Made by a program: the position numbers and the translations under genes | In this document: positions 9,186-17,612 of the stretch, piece after piece | Numbering within the stretch: the stretch's first letter is position 1 | Layout of the letters: each line of letters opens with the position of its first letter | Notes under the pieces: generated by a model | Seen by the model: the letters and a program-made list of their open reading frames with translations, nothing else | Database searches by the model: none | What the model was told of the DNA's origin: nothing | Source: Sphingopyxis sp. | GTDB lineage: Bacteria > Pseudomonadota > Alphaproteobacteria > Sphingomonadales > Sphingomonadaceae | Direction of reading: 5' to 3' | NCBI RefSeq assembly: GCF_965279755.1 | Contig: NZ_OZ257261.1 | Location: 592,135-656,134 of the forward strand | Length of the DNA: 64,000 nucleotides

Positions 9186-10397
9186 ATGACGATCCTAACC
9201 GCAAGCGAAAGCGCAACGCTCGAACGCGCGGCCGACGCCCCGATGCTCGATCAGGTCGAGCAATGGGCTGCGGTGAACAGCGGCACCGGCAACCTCGCCG
9301 GCCTGAAAACCGTGGCGGGCCAACTCGCCGATGCCTTTGCAGCGCTGCCCGGCGCGGTGCGACTTGTTGCGCCCGATCCGATCGAAAGCGTCGATGCCGC
9401 CGGCACCGTGAAGACGATCCAGCGCGGCGACCATCTGCATCTTCGCGTCCGCCCCGAAGCGCCTGTGCAGCTGTTGCTCACCGGCCATATGGATACGGTG
9501 TTCGCCGCCGATCATCCGTTTCAGACGCTCAAATGGCTCGAGCCCGGCGTGCTCAACGGTCCCGGAACCGCCGACATGAAGGCGGGCATCTCAGTGATTC
9601 TCGCCGCGCTCACCGCGCTCGAAACCTCGCCGTTCGCGGGCCGTATCGGCTATGACGTGATGATCAACAGCGACGAGGAAACCGGAAGCCAGGCATCGGC
9701 CGGGCTGATCGCAGACCTTGCGCAGGGCAAGACTGCGGCGCTGACCTATGAACCCGCGCTGCCCGACGGCACGCTCGCGGGGGCGCGGCCTGGAAGCGGC
9801 AATTTCTCGGTCCTGATCCACGGCCGTTCGGCGCACGCCGGGCGCAACCCCGAGGAGGGCCGCAACGCACTGGTCGCCGCAGCCGATCTGGCTCTGCGGC
9901 TCAATGCGTTGAAATCCGCCGATCTCAAGGTCAATCCCGCGAAGATCGATGGCGGCGGGCCGAACAATGTCGTCCCCGACCAGGCCATCCTGCGCGTCAA
10001 CATGCGACCGATGACGCCCGACGCGATGGCGGCGGCCGAAGCGGCGCTGCGCGATGCAATCGGCGCGATCTCGCGCGACCATGACGTGCATTGCCATCTC
10101 TACGGCGGCTTCAATCGCCCGCCGAAGCCCCTCGATGCGGCCGCAACGCGCCTGTTCGAGCTGGTCCGCGACTGCGGCGCCGCGCTCGGCCTGCCGCCGA
10201 TCAGCTGGAACGCGACGGGCGGCGTCTGCGACGGCAACAATATCGCCGCGTGCGGCGTGCCGGTGGTCGACACGATGGGCCCGCGCGGCGGCGCCATCCA
10301 TTCGTCGGACGAATTTCTGATCGTCGACAGCCTTGCCGAGCGCGCACAGCTGTCGGCGCTGACCATGATAAAAATAGCGGAACGGGGGACTGTGTGA
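9186..10397 (+). CDS. M20-family metallohydrolase (CPG2/ArgE/DapE-like deacylase)
   Basis: ORF trimmed to ATG at 9186 (MTILTASE...). M20 metal-ligand motifs are present: HMDTV, GTADMKAG, SDEETGS. Its TGA overlaps the GTG of astA (GTGA). Confidence 0.8.
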   Translation: MTILTASESATLERAADAPMLDQVEQWAAVNSGTGNLAGLKTVAGQLADAFAALPGAVRLVAPDPIESVDAAGTVKTIQRGDHLHLRVRPEAPVQLLLTGHMDTVFAADHPFQTLKWLEPGVLNGPGTADMKAGISVILAALTALETSPFAGRIGYDVMINSDEETGSQASAGLIADLAQGKTAALTYEPALPDGTLAGARPGSGNFSVLIHGRSAHAGRNPEEGRNALVAAADLALRLNALKSADLKVNPAKIDGGGPNNVVPDQAILRVNMRPMTPDAMAAAEAALRDAIGAISRDHDVHCHLYGGFNRPPKPLDAAATRLFELVRDCGAALGLPPISWNATGGVCDGNNIAACGVPVVDTMGPRGGAIHSSDEFLIVDSLAERAQLSALTMIKIAERGTV

Positions 10398-11395
10398 ATT
10401 ATGTGATCCGGGCGGCCAAGCCGGGCGACCTGCAGAGCATTTACGAGATGGCGAAGCTGACCGGTGGCGGCTTCACCAACCTGCCCCCCGACAGGCAAGC
10501 GCTGCGCGCCAAGCTGGAACGTGCCGATGCAGGCTTCAGGTCCGAGAAGGAATATCCGGCGGACGAACTCTATCTGATGGTGCTCGAGGATCTGGACAGC
10601 GGCGAAGTCCGCGGCACCTGCCAGATATTCGGGCAAGTCGGCCAGCGCTGGCCCTTCTACTCTTACCGTATCGGAACCGACAGCAAGCATAGCGAGCAGC
10701 TCGACCGCACCTTTCACGCCCAGGTGCTGATGCTGAGCAACGACCTCAACGGCGCGAGCGAGGTCGGCGGACTGTTCCTGCACCCCGCGGCGCGCGCCGG
10801 CGGGCTCGGGCTGCTGCTTGCGCGATCGCGCTATCTGTTCATCGCCCGTCACCGTGCGCGTTTCGGTGACCGCATCCTTGCCGAGCTGCGCGGCGTGATC
10901 GACGAGGCCGGCGGCTCGCCCTTCTGGGACGGGGTCGCGGGCAAATTCTTCGGGATGAATTTCCAGGAAGCCGACCAGTTCAACGCGGTCCACGGCAACC
11001 AGTTCATCGCCGATCTGATGCCCAAGCATCCCGTCTATATCGCGATGCTTGGCGACCATGCGCGCAGCGTCATCGGCGTGCCCCACCCGACCGGCCGCGC
11101 CGCGATGCGGATGCTGGAGAATGAAGGCTTCGCGTTCGAAAATTACGTCGACATCTTCGACGGCGGCCCGACGATGACCGCGCGCACCGATCAGGTCGCG
11201 AGCATTCGCGACGCCAAGCATATCGAGGTGACGGGAATCGCCGAAGGCGGCAGCGACGCGCTGATCGCGACCGGCCGGCTTGCCGACTTCCGTTGCTGTT
11301 TCGGTACCGTCGGCGATGGCGGCACCATCGACGCCGACACGGCGCGCATATTGGGCATCGGCGCAGGCGACCAGATCAGCTGGATCGGGCGTTAA
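10394..11395 (+). CDS. astA: Arginine N-succinyltransferase
   Basis: GTG at 10394 gives VNYVIRAAKPGDLQSIYEMAKLTGGGFTNLPPD..., about 333 aa, matching AstA N-terminus and length. The long ORF-track N-terminus overlaps the M20 gene and is rejected. Confidence 0.85.
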   Translation: MNYVIRAAKPGDLQSIYEMAKLTGGGFTNLPPDRQALRAKLERADAGFRSEKEYPADELYLMVLEDLDSGEVRGTCQIFGQVGQRWPFYSYRIGTDSKHSEQLDRTFHAQVLMLSNDLNGASEVGGLFLHPAARAGGLGLLLARSRYLFIARHRARFGDRILAELRGVIDEAGGSPFWDGVAGKFFGMNFQEADQFNAVHGNQFIADLMPKHPVYIAMLGDHARSVIGVPHPTGRAAMRMLENEGFAFENYVDIFDGGPTMTARTDQVASIRDAKHIEVTGIAEGGSDALIATGRLADFRCCFGTVGDGGTIDADTARILGIGAGDQISWIGR

Positions 11396-11398
11396 GCC

Positions 11399-12652
11399 AT
11401 GATCACCGAAATCAATTTCGACGGCCTCATCGGCCCGAGCCATAATTATGCGGGCCTTAGCCGCGGCAACATCGCCTCGGCGAGCAACGCCGGCGACGTG
11501 TCGCAGCCACGCGCGGCAGCGTTGCAGGGCATCGAGAAGATGCGCCACAATATCGCGCTCGGGCTCCCCCAAGGCTTTTTCATGCCGCTCGACCGGCCCG
11601 ATGCGCCTTGGCTCGAAACGCTCGGCACCTCGCTCGAAGCCGCCGAGACGCACTTGCGCGCGCAGGCCTGGTCGGCGTCATCGATGTGGGCAGCGAATGC
11701 CGCGACCGTCTCGCCCGCGCCCGACAGCGCCGATGGCAAGTGCCACCTGACCGTCGCCAACCTCGTCACCATGCCGCACCGCAGTCATGAATGGCAGGGC
11801 ACGCTGGCGCAGCTCCGTCTCGCCTTCGCCGATCCCGCCTTCGTCGTGCACGGGCCCGTGCCCGCGCCCTTCGGCGACGAAGGCGCGGCGAACCATATGC
11901 GGCTGTGCGACGGCCATGGTTCGGCGGGGGTCGAAATCTTTGTCTATGGTGTCGGAGGGGGCCGCTTTCCGGCGCGCCAGCATCTCGATGCGTCGAAGGC
12001 GATCGCGCGCAAGCACGGGCTCGATCCGGCGCGCACGCTCTTCATCCGCCAGTCGGACACCGCGATCCAGGGCGGCGCCTTTCACAACGACGTCGTCGCG
12101 GTGGCGAACGAACGCGTGCTGTTCACCCACGAAACTGCCTTCGAGAACCGCGAAGAGGCGCATGCCCAGATCCGCGCCGCCTTCCCCGAGGTCGAGATCG
12201 TCGAGGTGCCCGCAAGCGCGGTGAGCCTGCCCGAGGCAATCAAATCCTATCTGTTCAACGCCCAGCTCGTCAGCCTGCCCGACGGCGGCGGCATGGGGCT
12301 GGTCCTGCCGACCGAAGCGCGTGAGATGGCGCCCGTCTGGAACTGGCTGGAGGATCATATCGCCGGCAACGGCCCGATCCGCCGCCTGCTGCCGGTCGAT
12401 GTCCGCCAGTCGATGGCGAATGGCGGCGGCCCCGCCTGTCTGCGCCTGCGCGTCGTTGCCGATCCGGCGACGGTCGATCCCCGCTTCCTCGCCGACGACG
12501 CGAGGCTCGACCGCATTGCGTCGGTCGTTGCCGCGCACTGGCCCGAAGCGATAGCGCCGGGCGACTTGGCCTCGCCCGCGCTTGTTAACGACGTCCGCAA
12601 GGCGCGCGCGGCGCTGCTGGCCGAACTCGACCTGACCGGGCTGGCTCGTTGA
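11399..12652 (+). CDS. astB: N-succinylarginine dihydrolase
   Basis: MITEINFDGLIGPSHNYAGLSRGNIAS... is the characteristic AstB N-terminus. 417 aa, starting 3 nt after the astA stop. Confidence 0.9.
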   Translation: MITEINFDGLIGPSHNYAGLSRGNIASASNAGDVSQPRAAALQGIEKMRHNIALGLPQGFFMPLDRPDAPWLETLGTSLEAAETHLRAQAWSASSMWAANAATVSPAPDSADGKCHLTVANLVTMPHRSHEWQGTLAQLRLAFADPAFVVHGPVPAPFGDEGAANHMRLCDGHGSAGVEIFVYGVGGGRFPARQHLDASKAIARKHGLDPARTLFIRQSDTAIQGGAFHNDVVAVANERVLFTHETAFENREEAHAQIRAAFPEVEIVEVPASAVSLPEAIKSYLFNAQLVSLPDGGGMGLVLPTEAREMAPVWNWLEDHIAGNGPIRRLLPVDVRQSMANGGGPACLRLRVVADPATVDPRFLADDARLDRIASVVAAHWPEAIAPGDLASPALVNDVRKARAALLAELDLTGLAR

Positions 12653-13320
12653 AGATCCGCGAACTGATCGACACGGCCCGAATCCCGGGCGGCGACGAGC
12701 TGCGGCTGTATCGGCGAGGTGATGACTTCATCATCGCGATCGGCGGCAACGAGCTGATGAACAGCCGGATGAGCGGTTCCGAAGAGGCGCTGGCGGTGAT
12801 GAGCTGCGACCGGCTGCGCGCGCCCGACAGCGCGCATCTGCTGATCGGCGGCTACGGGATGGGCTTTACCCTGCGTGCCGCACTGGCGGCGCTCGGTCCG
12901 AAGGCGAGGATCACCGTCGCCGAGCTTGTCCCCGCGATCATCGACTGGGCGCGCGGGCCGATGGTGGAGCTGACATCTGGCTGCCTCGAGGATCCCCGCG
13001 TCGATCTGGTGGTCGATGATGTCGCGGAAACGATCGCGGACGGGCGGGCGCGCTATGACGCGATCCTGCTCGACGTCGATAACGGCCCCGACGGGCTGGT
13101 GCGCGAAGCCAATGACGGCCTCTATTCGCCAGCCGGACTCGCCGCCGCGCAGGCCGCGCTGCGTCCCGGCGGCGTCCTTGCGATCTGGTCGGCGGCGCCC
13201 GACGCGCGCTTCACCCGCCGGCTGGCGGCCGCGGGCTTCCGGGTCGACGAGGTCGCCGTCCGCGCGCGAAGCAATGGCAAGGGCGCCCGGCACGTCATCT
13301 GGTTCGCGGTCGCCGGCTGA
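12649..13320 (+). CDS. Spermidine-synthase-like class I SAM-dependent methyltransferase-fold protein
   Basis: TTG start overlapping the astB stop (TTGA). The GGYGMGFT and DAILLDVDNGP motifs resemble the SpeE-like fold. Function not assignable. Confidence 0.65.
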   Translation: MKIRELIDTARIPGGDELRLYRRGDDFIIAIGGNELMNSRMSGSEEALAVMSCDRLRAPDSAHLLIGGYGMGFTLRAALAALGPKARITVAELVPAIIDWARGPMVELTSGCLEDPRVDLVVDDVAETIADGRARYDAILLDVDNGPDGLVREANDGLYSPAGLAAAQAALRPGGVLAIWSAAPDARFTRRLAAAGFRVDEVAVRARSNGKGARHVIWFAVAG

Positions 13321-13370
13321 CCTTGCCCGCCGCCGCCAACGGCGTAATATGACGGCGCAAAGGAGGCGCC

Positions 13371-13673
13371 ATGTCAGCCTGTTCGCATGAAGCCGCCATT
13401 CAGGAGGTCACGCCGAGCGCCAAGGGTTGCGAGGATTGCCTGCGAACCGGGGGCATCTGGGTTCATCTTCGGCTCTGCCGCAGCTGCGGCCATGTCGGTT
13501 GCTGCGACGATTCGCCGTCTCGCCACGCCCGCGCGCATTTTCACGAGACGGGCCATCCGATCATCGAGGGCTATGACCCGCCCGAGGGGTGGGGCTGGTG
13601 CTATATCGACGATGTCGTCGTCGACCTGCCCGACCAGACGCCGCAGATCGGACCGATCCCGCGCTTTTTCTGA
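13371..13673 (+). CDS. Stand-alone UBP-type zinc-finger (ZnF-UBP) protein
   Basis: AGGAGG SD 5 nt upstream of the ATG. Cys/His ladder CEDC...W.HLRLCRSCGHVGCCD...H...H...H is typical of the ZnF-UBP fold. 100 aa. Confidence 0.8.
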   Translation: MSACSHEAAIQEVTPSAKGCEDCLRTGGIWVHLRLCRSCGHVGCCDDSPSRHARAHFHETGHPIIEGYDPPEGWGWCYIDDVVVDLPDQTPQIGPIPRFF

Positions 13674-13744
13674 GCCCGCCCCCTTTTTGAACGGCACTCT
13701 TCCCCGATCTGTCGGGTTAATTTACAGTTTACCATAAGCCGCTG

Positions 13745-14041
13745 GTGTCGAATCCCCGATTTGCGCCACTGGCACATCCCTTGCTTTGGATGACGGTGAT
13801 GCTGAAGAAAATCGGACGCCTGTTCGTTATCAAGACCCGCTTCGAAGCGTGCCTGATCATCTATGCCCTCGCGGTCGGCGCCATGGCCCGCGGCCACGCC
13901 TATCTCGACCAGTTTCCGGGCTTTGGCGGCCATCTGTTGATGGCGGCGTGCAGCGGGTCGGTCTTCCTCGCGGGCGCCAAGATTTTCGACTGCCTGCGCT
14001 ATGAACAGGCGGCAAAGGCGGCCGCCGAAGCGAAAGCGTAG
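13745..14041 (+). CDS. Small hypothetical membrane protein (two predicted TM helices)
   Basis: The track ORF starts at GTG 13745; ATGs at 13790 and 13799 are alternatives. Two hydrophobic segments, CLIIYALAVGAMA and LLMAACSGSVFLAGA. No family recognised. Confidence 0.4.
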   Translation: MSNPRFAPLAHPLLWMTVMLKKIGRLFVIKTRFEACLIIYALAVGAMARGHAYLDQFPGFGGHLLMAACSGSVFLAGAKIFDCLRYEQAAKAAAEAKA

Positions 14042-14088
14042 CGTTCGGCGGACTTCCGTCCGTCATCCGCTTGTGCCAAGGCTGGGGC

Positions 14089-14841
14089 ATGAGCAGGATC
14101 AGCGGCAACCCCACCCTCGGCACCGAGCATGTTTACGGGATGCAACTTCGCGTCGCGCGTTGGCGCGCTGGCGCACCCGGAACGCCGCTGCTGTTCCTCA
14201 ATGGCATTGGCGCCGATATTGCCACCGCGGCACCGCTGCTCGCGCAGATCCATGACCGCGAAGTCTGGACGCTCGACATGCCCGGCGTCGGCGGCTCGCC
14301 CGATGCGCTGCTCCCCTATGGCGCGCCGACGATGGCGGCGGTCGTCATGGAGATCGCCGACCGTTTCGGTCACAAGCAGATCGACGTCGCGGGGTTCAGC
14401 TGGGGCGGCGCGCTGGCGCAGCAGGTCGCGGTGCAGTTTCCCGGCCGCGTGCGCCGGCTGGTGCTCATGGCGACGACGCCGTCCGTCAGTGCACCGGGGA
14501 TCGGCTGGGCGGCGCTTCTGGACGACGACATGCTCGCCAGCGGGCTGAAGCTGCCGACTGCGACGCCGCTGGGCCTCGCCTATCAGACGATGGCGATGGC
14601 GGGGTGGACGAGCGCCGCGATGCTGCCGCACCTCAAAAATGTCCCCGTGCTGATCCTGATGGGCGAGCGCGACGGGGTCGTGCCCGCATGCCATGGCCAG
14701 ACGATCGCCGACCTGATCGACGGCGCGGTGCTGGAGGTGGTGCCGGGTTCGCACCTGTTCCCCTTTACCCACGCCGCCGCCATCGCGGCGAGGATCAGTG
14801 CGTTTCTGGACGCGCCGGCCGCGGAACAAGCCGCCGCTTGA
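14089..14841 (+). CDS. Alpha/beta hydrolase resembling PhaZ-type poly(3-hydroxyalkanoate) depolymerase
   Basis: By-eye alignment to Pseudomonas PhaZ from memory: LLFLNGIGA...DMPGVGGS; the nucleophile elbow GFSWGGALAQQ; ...GWTS...; ...HLF. Start taken at ATG 14089. Confidence 0.7.
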   Translation: MSRISGNPTLGTEHVYGMQLRVARWRAGAPGTPLLFLNGIGADIATAAPLLAQIHDREVWTLDMPGVGGSPDALLPYGAPTMAAVVMEIADRFGHKQIDVAGFSWGGALAQQVAVQFPGRVRRLVLMATTPSVSAPGIGWAALLDDDMLASGLKLPTATPLGLAYQTMAMAGWTSAAMLPHLKNVPVLILMGERDGVVPACHGQTIADLIDGAVLEVVPGSHLFPFTHAAAIAARISAFLDAPAAEQAAA

Positions 14842-15835
14842 GGAAATTGGCGATCGCCGCGGCGGTCGCGTCGGGCGCTTCCTCCATTGGCAGATGGCCG
14901 ATGCCATCGAGAAGCACGACCTCTGACCCGGCGATGCGTTCTTGGAAAGTCTCGGCCGCGGTCGGGTTGATCAGCCGGTCCTGCTTGCCGAAGAGGATCA
15001 AAGTGGGCGCCTTGATCTCGCCTACCCGGGCCGCCATTGCGGGTTCGCGGTCGATCCGCGCGCGCAGCACCGTGGCCTCACGATTGCCGGGAAAGCGCAG
15101 CAGCTCCCAATAGCGATCGATCATCGCGTCATCGACGATATCCTGCTTCGCAACCGAGCCGCGCAGCGATTCCTCGACCAGCGAGCGCGGCGTGATCTGC
15201 GTCGCGAGCCAGCGGCCCAGCGGATATTGCAGGATGCGGAAGCCGATGTTCGACGGCGGTGCTTTCTCCCCCTTGCGGAGCGGCATGCCGGCGGCGTCGA
15301 GGAGCAGCAGCGCATCGACGCGTTCGGGCTCCGCCAGCGCATAACGCCAAGCGACCCAACCGCCCATCGAATTGCCGCCGAGCGTGAAATGGTCGAGGCC
15401 GAGCTTGGCCGCAACGACATCGACCGCCGCGATCATGCCGTCGGCATCATAGTCCTTGTCGGGGGTGCCGCCGGTCAGCCCATGCCCCGGCAGGTCAAGC
15501 GTCACGATGCGATAGGTCGCGCCCAGCCGCTTCGCGAGCGGCTCCCACGTCTGGAGGCTGGAATTCGCGCCATGAAGAAGAATGATCGCGGGGCCGTCGC
15601 GGCGCCCCTGATCGCGGTAATGAATTTGCTGCCCTGCGGGCCCGGCGGCAAAGGCCGCGTTCGGACCGCCATATTTGGCGATCATCTCGTCGCGGTCGGT
15701 GTCCGATGTGCGCAGCGCAAGGAAGATGGCGACGATAGCGAGCAGCAGCACGAGCGGGATGAGCACCCGCTTGCGCCGGAACAGCGGCCGCGGCGGCGGC
15801 GTGGTCTCGAAATCATCCTCGTCGATCGTCTGCAT
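14795..15835 (-). CDS. Membrane-anchored alpha/beta hydrolase
   Basis: ATG at 15835 (MQTIDEDDF...), one N-terminal TM (VLIPLVLLLAIVAIFLAL), HGANSS oxyanion region and GNSMGG nucleophile elbow. Its 3' end overlaps the convergent PhaZ-like gene by 47 nt. Confidence 0.75.
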   Translation of the reverse strand: MQTIDEDDFETTPPPRPLFRRKRVLIPLVLLLAIVAIFLALRTSDTDRDEMIAKYGGPNAAFAAGPAGQQIHYRDQGRRDGPAIILLHGANSSLQTWEPLAKRLGATYRIVTLDLPGHGLTGGTPDKDYDADGMIAAVDVVAAKLGLDHFTLGGNSMGGWVAWRYALAEPERVDALLLLDAAGMPLRKGEKAPPSNIGFRILQYPLGRWLATQITPRSLVEESLRGSVAKQDIVDDAMIDRYWELLRFPGNREATVLRARIDREPAMAARVGEIKAPTLILFGKQDRLINPTAAETFQERIAGSEVVLLDGIGHLPMEEAPDATAAAIANFLKRRLVPRPARPETH

Positions 15836-15892
15836 CACGCCCCCCTCAGAGCTGTCAAAGCCTAACCCCTGGGGGCGTGCCGTCAATCTGTC

Positions 15893-17560
15893 CTATTGGT
15901 GGATGGGCCGGCGGAATGTTTCTGGCAGGAACAGCAGCCCCGCTATGACGGTGATCACCGCGACGACGACCGGATACCAGAGACCGTAATAGATGTTACC
16001 CGTCGCAGCGACCATAGCGAAAGCCGTTGTCGGCAGGAAGCCGCCGAACCAGCCGTTGCCTATATGGTAGGGCAGCGACATGGCGGTGTAGCGGATGCGG
16101 CTGGGAAACAGTTCGACGAGCAGCGCGGCGATCGGGCCGTAGACCATCGTCACGAGCAGAACGAGCCAGAACAGGATCGCGACGACGAGCGGCTTGTTGA
16201 TCCGCGCGGGGTCCGCCTTGGCGGGGTAGCCTGCGGCTTCGAGAGCGGCTTGCAACTCGGTCAGGCGGTAAGGAATGCCTGCCGCATTCATGCCGGGGCC
16301 TACGCCTCCCTGCGGACTAGAGATCGTGATCCTGGCTTCCCCGATCACCACTGCCGCGCGGTCGTTCGCCGCGCCTTGCGAAACATATGGAATGCCAGCC
16401 TTGGCCAGATAGGATTTCGCAACATCGCAGGCTGTTTGATCGAACTTGTTCTTGCCCACCGGATCAAACTGGAATGAGCAAGCTGCCGGGTTGGCAATCA
16501 CCGTCACCGGCGCCCTCGCCTGCGCCTGCGCGAGTGCCGGATTGGCGGCGCTGGTCAGCATCTGGAATGCCGGAAAATAGGTGAGCGCGGCAAGCGCACA
16601 GCCGGCCAGAATGATCGGCTTGCGGCCAACCCTGTCGCTAAGCCAGCCAAAGAGGATGAAGAAGGGCGTGCCGAGCGCGAGCGCGACGGCGATCAGGATG
16701 TTCGCGGTCGCGCCATCGACCTTCAGCATCTTTTCAAGGAAGAAAAGGGCATAGAATTGCCCGGTGTACCAGACGACCGCCTGCCCCGCGACGGCACCGA
16801 CCAGCGCCACAATCACCCATTTGAGGTTCACCCAGCGGCCGAACGCTTCGGTCAGCGGCGCCTTCGAGGTCGTCCCCTCCTCCTTCATCTGTTTGAAGAC
16901 GGGGCTTTCCTCGAGCTGAAGGCGGATCCAGAGCGAGACGCCGAGCAGGATGACCGAAATCAGGAAGGGGATGCGCCAGCCCCAGTCGGCGAACACTTCT
17001 TCGCCGAGGAGCGAGCGCGTCGCGATGACGACGAGCAGCGCCGCGAACAGGCCGAGTGTGGCAGTGGTCTGGATGAAGCTGGTGAAGAGGCCGCGCTTCC
17101 CCTCAGGCGCGTGCTCGGCAACATAAGTGGCAGCGCCGCCATATTCGCCGCCGAGCGCGAGGCCCTGCACCAGACGGAGCAGGACGAGCAGCACCGGTGC
17201 CGCGACGCCGATCGTCGCATAGCTTGGCAGCACGCCGACGAGGAAGGTCGAGGCGCCCATCAGACCCATCGTCACGAGGAAGGTGTTCTTGCGACCGACA
17301 AGATCGCCGATGCGCCCGAAGACGAGCGCGCCGAACGGCCTGACCGCAAAGCCTGCAGCAAAGGCCGCTAGCGCGAAGATGAAGCCGGTTGTTTCGTTGA
17401 CGCCCGAAAAGAATTGCGCCGAGATGATCGTCGCGAGCAGGCCGTAGAGGTAGAAATCATACCATTCGAAAACGGTGCCGAGCGACGAGGCAAGGATGAC
17501 CTTGCGTTCGCTTTGCCCGCTACCGACTGGCGGTGTTGCTGCGCCCGCGCCGTCCGTCAT
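15893..17560 (-). CDS. MFS transporter, metabolite:H+ symporter (MHS) type, with a large extra loop
   Basis: FEWYDFYLYG motif in TM1 and a 12-TM pattern. About 120 extra hydrophilic residues (roughly aa 336-456) lie between predicted TM9 and TM10. Confidence 0.85.
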   Translation of the reverse strand: MTDGAGAATPPVGSGQSERKVILASSLGTVFEWYDFYLYGLLATIISAQFFSGVNETTGFIFALAAFAAGFAVRPFGALVFGRIGDLVGRKNTFLVTMGLMGASTFLVGVLPSYATIGVAAPVLLVLLRLVQGLALGGEYGGAATYVAEHAPEGKRGLFTSFIQTTATLGLFAALLVVIATRSLLGEEVFADWGWRIPFLISVILLGVSLWIRLQLEESPVFKQMKEEGTTSKAPLTEAFGRWVNLKWVIVALVGAVAGQAVVWYTGQFYALFFLEKMLKVDGATANILIAVALALGTPFFILFGWLSDRVGRKPIILAGCALAALTYFPAFQMLTSAANPALAQAQARAPVTVIANPAACSFQFDPVGKNKFDQTACDVAKSYLAKAGIPYVSQGAANDRAAVVIGEARITISSPQGGVGPGMNAAGIPYRLTELQAALEAAGYPAKADPARINKPLVVAILFWLVLLVTMVYGPIAALLVELFPSRIRYTAMSLPYHIGNGWFGGFLPTTAFAMVAATGNIYYGLWYPVVVAVITVIAGLLFLPETFRRPIHQ

Positions 17561-17598
17561 CCGCTACCCTCTCCCTGTTATGGCGGCGAGGGTAGCGG
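17561..17598 (-). promoter_or_regulatory. 11-bp perfect hairpin abutting the MFS start codon and containing its Shine-Dalgarno
   Basis: CCGCTACCCTC (17561-17571) pairs with GAGGGTAGCGG (17588-17598) around a 16-nt loop. On the minus strand the 3' arm GAGGGTAGCGG is followed immediately by ATG (17560). It lies 14 nt after the rhlE stop. Confidence 0.45.
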
Positions 17599-17612
17599 AT
17601 GGACGACTAGCG

